NCBI GenBank assembly: GCA_965233585.1
Contig: CBDDTI010000746.1
Location: 128,001 to 192,000, forward strand
From: a bacterium
GTDB taxonomy: Bacteria; SAR324; NAC60-12
Reading direction: 5' to 3'
Length of the DNA stretch: 64,000 nucleotides
Shown here in pieces: positions 60,006 to 64,000 of this stretch. The notes under the pieces were generated by a model. It made no database searches. It was not told the DNA's origin and saw nothing but the letters and a program-made list of their open reading frames with translations. The first letter of the stretch is position 1. Each line of letters starts with the position of its first letter. A program made the translations under genes and the position numbers.

Positions 60006-60764
60006 GGTATTGTTAAACTATAAGTGATATGCGATATTAAGTTCATTTAATTGAATTGATAGTCATGGTGTAGCAATGAAGTCGTGTCCTAGATGTGAAA
60101 GTGAGAAGACGGTTAAGAATGGTTTTTTATATGGTAAACCGAGGAGGCGTTGCAATGCCTGCAACTATCAATATACCAAGTCCTATCGTGGTCAAATCTC
60201 ACCACAGATCAAAAGAAGAGCATTAGAGTTGTATTTGGAGGGTCTTGGTTTCAGGTCAATCGGTCGTTTGCTGAATTGTTCTCATGTTTCAGTTTATAAT
60301 TGGGTCTGTAGTTTTGGCGAACAGCTCAAGGCATTAAGAAAGGACACAGACATTGAAATTATGGAAATTGATGAAATGCACACCTACATCCAGTCAAAAA
60401 AACTACTGCTGGCTCTGGATTGCTGTTGATAGATGTGGGAAGCAATTTATCAATTGTGTGCTTGGAAACAGAGACTCAAAAGCCTGTAGGCATTTATGGG
60501 ACAAGGTCAAGGAAACAAAACCTCTTCAGGTGATGACTGATCACTGGAAGGCTTACAAACAAGTCATTCCCAAAGAAATTCATACATGTTCCAAGGCAGA
60601 AACATACACGGTAGAAGAGTATAATTCTCTCTTGAGACATTTCTTGGCAAGAATGAGAAGGAAAACCAAATGTTACAGCAAGTCTCTTAAAGCATTACAA
60701 TATTCTGTTCTTTTGTTCATGGCAAAACGGAATAATCAGCTATCACTTATTAATTAACAATGCC
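60006..60764 (+). mobile_element. IS1-family insertion sequence, apparently complete
   Basis: IRs ggtattgttaaactataagtgata / ggcattgttaattaataagtgata (20/24); InsA with CPRC..CNAC zinc finger and HTH (60076-60429); InsB (to 60757); A7C slippery site 60396-60403. Confidence 0.93.
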
Positions 60765-60888
60765 AAAAATTCTATTTGGTGTGTGTGGTTTTGCGTTTCC
60801 GTTTGCTAAAAAACAGCTTTTAAAGCCTTGTGAATTGTCATAAGATGACGACAGGCTGAAGTATCAACAGACGACAACACCTTAAAAG

Positions 60889-62289
60889 ATGATTAATCGC
60901 AGGCAATTTTTGCAATACTCTTCACTAGCTACTTTTTCACTGACAGGATTCACTCAAGTCATTGCATCAAGTTCAAAAATCAATGAATTTGAAATCGTTG
61001 CCAAAGAAAGCAGGCATGTTTTTGTAGATGACATTCCCACGTTGACAAATCGCTATGATGCAGGGCAAGACAGCTTTTTCCCAGTGTTGCGAGTGAAGCA
61101 AGGAGACACCCTTCGTGCCACCATCAAAAATCAGCTGACTGAAGCCACCACAGTTCACTGGCACGGCATCAGACTGCCAAATGCGATGGACGGAGTGCCT
61201 CATCTGACACAAAAACCGATTGAATCAGGGGACGTTTTTACTTATGAGTTTTCATGTCCTGATGCTGGTCTTTTTTGGTTTCATTCACATCTGGCATCCA
61301 CTCGTCAAATTGCCAATGGATTGGTTGGTGTTCTCATTGTAGAAGAGCCTGAAGCCCTTGATTTTTCAAGAGATTTCATTTGGGTTTACAAGGATTGGTT
61401 TGTCAAAGAGCCTGCTGATTTTATCAAAGCCCTAAATCGTCAAGATGATGTCAATTTGCTCAAACATTCCAACGCTGGTAAGCAAGGGACTTATGGAGAT
61501 TTTGCAAGTGTCAATTTGCAATCAGAAGTCAAAGAGCAAGCGCCTGAGCATTCATGGGTGCGTTTGGGCTTGTTTAATGTGGATATTTCCCGCCTGATGA
61601 GGATTCATGCCTACGGGGTAAAAGACGTGAAAATATTGGGAGTTGATGGGAATGCTTTGGCACAGCCTGAAGAATTGCACCGCAGGTTGTTGACCCCTGC
61701 ACAGCGTTTGGACTTGGCAATTCAAATGCCTGAGGCAGGCAAGGCAGTAGAGTTAAAAAATGTCTTTTTAAAAAATCCTAAACGTCTTGGCACGATTCAG
61801 GCTGTTAAAAGCTCACAACGCAAAGGACTTTCTGACTGTCCAAGACTCAAAGTCAACCCTATTGCCACACCAGACCTTGAGAATGCGGTTGAGCTGTCGT
61901 TTCAATTTTTAGCGGCTGGGGCATTGTCCCCTGAAAACAACCCAACCTTTTGGAGCATCAACAAACGTTCTATGACAGAACTAGACCATTCTGCACATGT
62001 CAAACTTCCGCCTCCCCTTGCCGTTTTGCAACATGGCAAGACTTATCTTTTGACCTTACAAAATACAACACCCCATACGCACCCAATTCACTTGCACGGA
62101 CACACTTTTTTGGTCATTGAATCCTCAAAACGCAAAATCAAACCTTTTCACACTGATGTTGTGAATCTGACAACCAAAGAAAAAATCAAGGTGGCATTTG
62201 TAGCAGACAATCTTGGCAAGTGGATGTTTCATTGCCATATCATAGAACATGCTGTTTCTGGAATGATGGGATATGTGGAGGTGCGGTAG
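60889..62289 (+). CDS. Tat-exported multicopper oxidase
   Basis: NRRQFL Tat motif; HWHG, WFHSH, HPIHLHGH, HCHIIEH...M. Confidence 0.95.
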   Translation: MINRRQFLQYSSLATFSLTGFTQVIASSSKINEFEIVAKESRHVFVDDIPTLTNRYDAGQDSFFPVLRVKQGDTLRATIKNQLTEATTVHWHGIRLPNAMDGVPHLTQKPIESGDVFTYEFSCPDAGLFWFHSHLASTRQIANGLVGVLIVEEPEALDFSRDFIWVYKDWFVKEPADFIKALNRQDDVNLLKHSNAGKQGTYGDFASVNLQSEVKEQAPEHSWVRLGLFNVDISRLMRIHAYGVKDVKILGVDGNALAQPEELHRRLLTPAQRLDLAIQMPEAGKAVELKNVFLKNPKRLGTIQAVKSSQRKGLSDCPRLKVNPIATPDLENAVELSFQFLAAGALSPENNPTFWSINKRSMTELDHSAHVKLPPPLAVLQHGKTYLLTLQNTTPHTHPIHLHGHTFLVIESSKRKIKPFHTDVVNLTTKEKIKVAFVADNLGKWMFHCHIIEHAVSGMMGYVEVR

Positions 62290-62361
62290 TTTGAGAGGAG
62301 AGTTTTTTTGTGGAAGTTTTCGTCTGGTGTGCAATTTTTGAATTTCAAAATGAATCAATTT

Positions 62362-63402
62362 TTAGAATGAGTTAATGACTAAAATGCCTTGATTGGCGAA
62401 TTGATTCATTTGGGGCAACTCCATTGTGGCTTGTTCTAGTGTGATAGTGCGTTCTATTAATTGTTGGGGGTTGAGTTTGCCACTTTTAATCAACTCCAAC
62501 ATATCAGGATATTGAAACGCCTGCATTCCATGACTGCCGATGATTTCTAATTCATCAGCAATCACTTTGTCCATCGGTATTTGAGGATGCTGATGTTCAG
62601 CAGTCATCAATCCAACTTGAATGTGTCTTCCTCTTTTTCGCAAGCTAGCAATAGAATTGAAACAAGTGCTTTGGCTTCCCAAAGCATCAAGCGAGATGTG
62701 AGCGCCACCTTGAGTGGAGTCTTGAATGGCTTCTACAATGTTTTGATGATGAGAGGCATTGATTGTTTGAGTTGCTCCTATTTGCTGAGCTAGGTTCAAT
62801 GTCTGTTCGTTGACGTCTATTGCAATGACTTGGGCGCCTAACGCACTGGCAATCATAATCGCTGACAGCCCCACTCCTCCACAACCATGAACGGCAACAT
62901 ACTGCCCCCCTTTCACCTTCCCTTGTTCTACAACTGCTCTGTAAGATGTGACAAAACGGCAGCCTAAAGTTGCCGCTGTGACATCATCTATTTCTTCTGG
63001 AACTTTGACTAAATTCGTGTCAGCAAAATCTATGGCAACATATTGAGCAAATGACCCCCAATGCGTGAAACCCGGTTGCGATTGATAACCGCAGACTTGA
63101 TGATTGCCTGACCGACATTCTTGGCAAGTTCCACATCCGCACACAAAGGGAACAGTGACCCGTTCTCCAACCTGAAACTGGCGAACATTTTTGCCAGTTT
63201 CACTGATGACTCCTACTAATTCATGCCCGGGAACATGGGGCAAAGTGATGTCTGGTTCATGCCCCACCCAACCGTGCCAATCACTTCTACACAAGCCAGT
63301 TGCTTTGACTTCTATGATGACTCCATGATCTCTGACAGCAGGGTCTTTGACATTTTGAATGGTGATGACACCACCAAACTTTTCATAAATTGCGGCTTTC
63401 AT
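62362..63402 (-). CDS. Zinc-dependent alcohol dehydrogenase family protein
   Basis: [26 protein letters not shown]. Confidence 0.93.
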   Translation of the reverse strand: MKAAIYEKFGGVITIQNVKDPAVRDHGVIIEVKATGLCRSDWHGWVGHEPDITLPHVPGHELVGVISETGKNVRQFQVGERVTVPFVCGCGTCQECRSGNHQVCGYQSQPGFTHWGSFAQYVAIDFADTNLVKVPEEIDDVTAATLGCRFVTSYRAVVEQGKVKGGQYVAVHGCGGVGLSAIMIASALGAQVIAIDVNEQTLNLAQQIGATQTINASHHQNIVEAIQDSTQGGAHISLDALGSQSTCFNSIASLRKRGRHIQVGLMTAEHQHPQIPMDKVIADELEIIGSHGMQAFQYPDMLELIKSGKLNPQQLIERTITLEQATMELPQMNQFANQGILVINSF

Positions 63403-63417
63403 TTTTTTTCTTGAACG

Positions 63418-63978
63418 TTAGTGGTCATTTGAATAGTGATTGACGTGCATTTCTATCTTCCTTAATTTGTCTAAATTTTCTGGAATTAGTTGACTTTCCT
63501 TTGCTTTTAGCTCAGAGATTAGATTTTGTAAAGAAGGAGAGGGTAGAATTACCTCTTGATGTTCCCAATAACAATAAAGTTCATATTCTTTTTCATTAAT
63601 TGCTTTCAAAATACTACCATAGTTGCCAAATGGATCTATAATATTCATATTTATTTTTACGAGTTCTCCATCTTTTGCATAACTTTCTTTGGAGTAATAG
63701 TTCAAATAATTGTTTTCTTCTTGACGAAGATACTCTAGACAATCTTCTTTTTTGTCAAATATCAAAAACAATGTTTTAACAGACCTTTCATAATCTTGCT
63801 GATCTTTATAATGTACGGAGAGGTCATAAGTAATTCTTAAAAAACAGTAAAGACATTTGTAATATAAGCCAGAATCTTTCCAAAAAATATCATAAGGACA
63901 TTGACTGTTAAAACATAATAAATCACTAAAAATTTTGGATCCTTTTTCCAATACTTCTAATCTTTCTTTATCTTGCAT
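63418..63978 (-). CDS. Hypothetical protein
   Basis: 186-aa AT-rich ORF; no recognised motif. Confidence 0.55.
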   Translation of the reverse strand: MQDKERLEVLEKGSKIFSDLLCFNSQCPYDIFWKDSGLYYKCLYCFLRITYDLSVHYKDQQDYERSVKTLFLIFDKKEDCLEYLRQEENNYLNYYSKESYAKDGELVKINMNIIDPFGNYGSILKAINEKEYELYCYWEHQEVILPSPSLQNLISELKAKESQLIPENLDKLRKIEMHVNHYSNDH

Positions 63979-64000
63979 GAGGCTAGCATATTCTTCTTTG

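Noticed and set aside
1169..63738. Numerous 60-170-aa ORFs overlapping longer genes on the opposite strand or in another frame
   Set aside because: Shadow ORFs of well-supported genes, with no recognisable motifs

Overview
AT-rich bacterial chromosomal segment. Gene content suggests a deltaproteobacterium-like (possibly SAR324-type, possibly host-associated) organism; this is inference only. Main blocks: (1) 1-12.1 kb, minus-strand nucleotide-sugar/surface-glycan tailoring cluster: 3 DegT aminotransferases, ThDP E1 alpha/beta without E2/E3, 3 SAM methyltransferases, 2 SDRs, 3 NAD epimerases/dehydratases, plus two frameshifted genes and two gene remnants. (2) Housekeeping genes: PIN-less PhoH-minCDE, ccmFGH, ispH, hflC, leuD, ccmA, dprA, topA, ydiJ-like, mrp, ftsH, smpB, cca, rnc, serB. 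(3) Accessory inserts: FecCD-type ABC importer with methyltransferase, a PspA/IM30-hairpin-TM-thermonuclease fusion, a BrnT-like TA pair, two IS1 elements and a decayed sugar-catabolism remnant. (4) Two paralogous modular surface lipoproteins (45.2-46.3 kb, 55.7-59.4 kb). They share a promoter with a poly-T spacer, a covarying two-hairpin 5' leader, a 45-aa signal and a 73-aa Cys-containing module, but carry different beta-propeller heads (SBBP vs Kelch), and are flanked by palindromic REP/dRS3-like repeats. Best candidates for undescribed systems: the modular lipoprotein cassette family and the PspA-nuclease fusion. No rRNA, tRNA or CRISPR array was seen.
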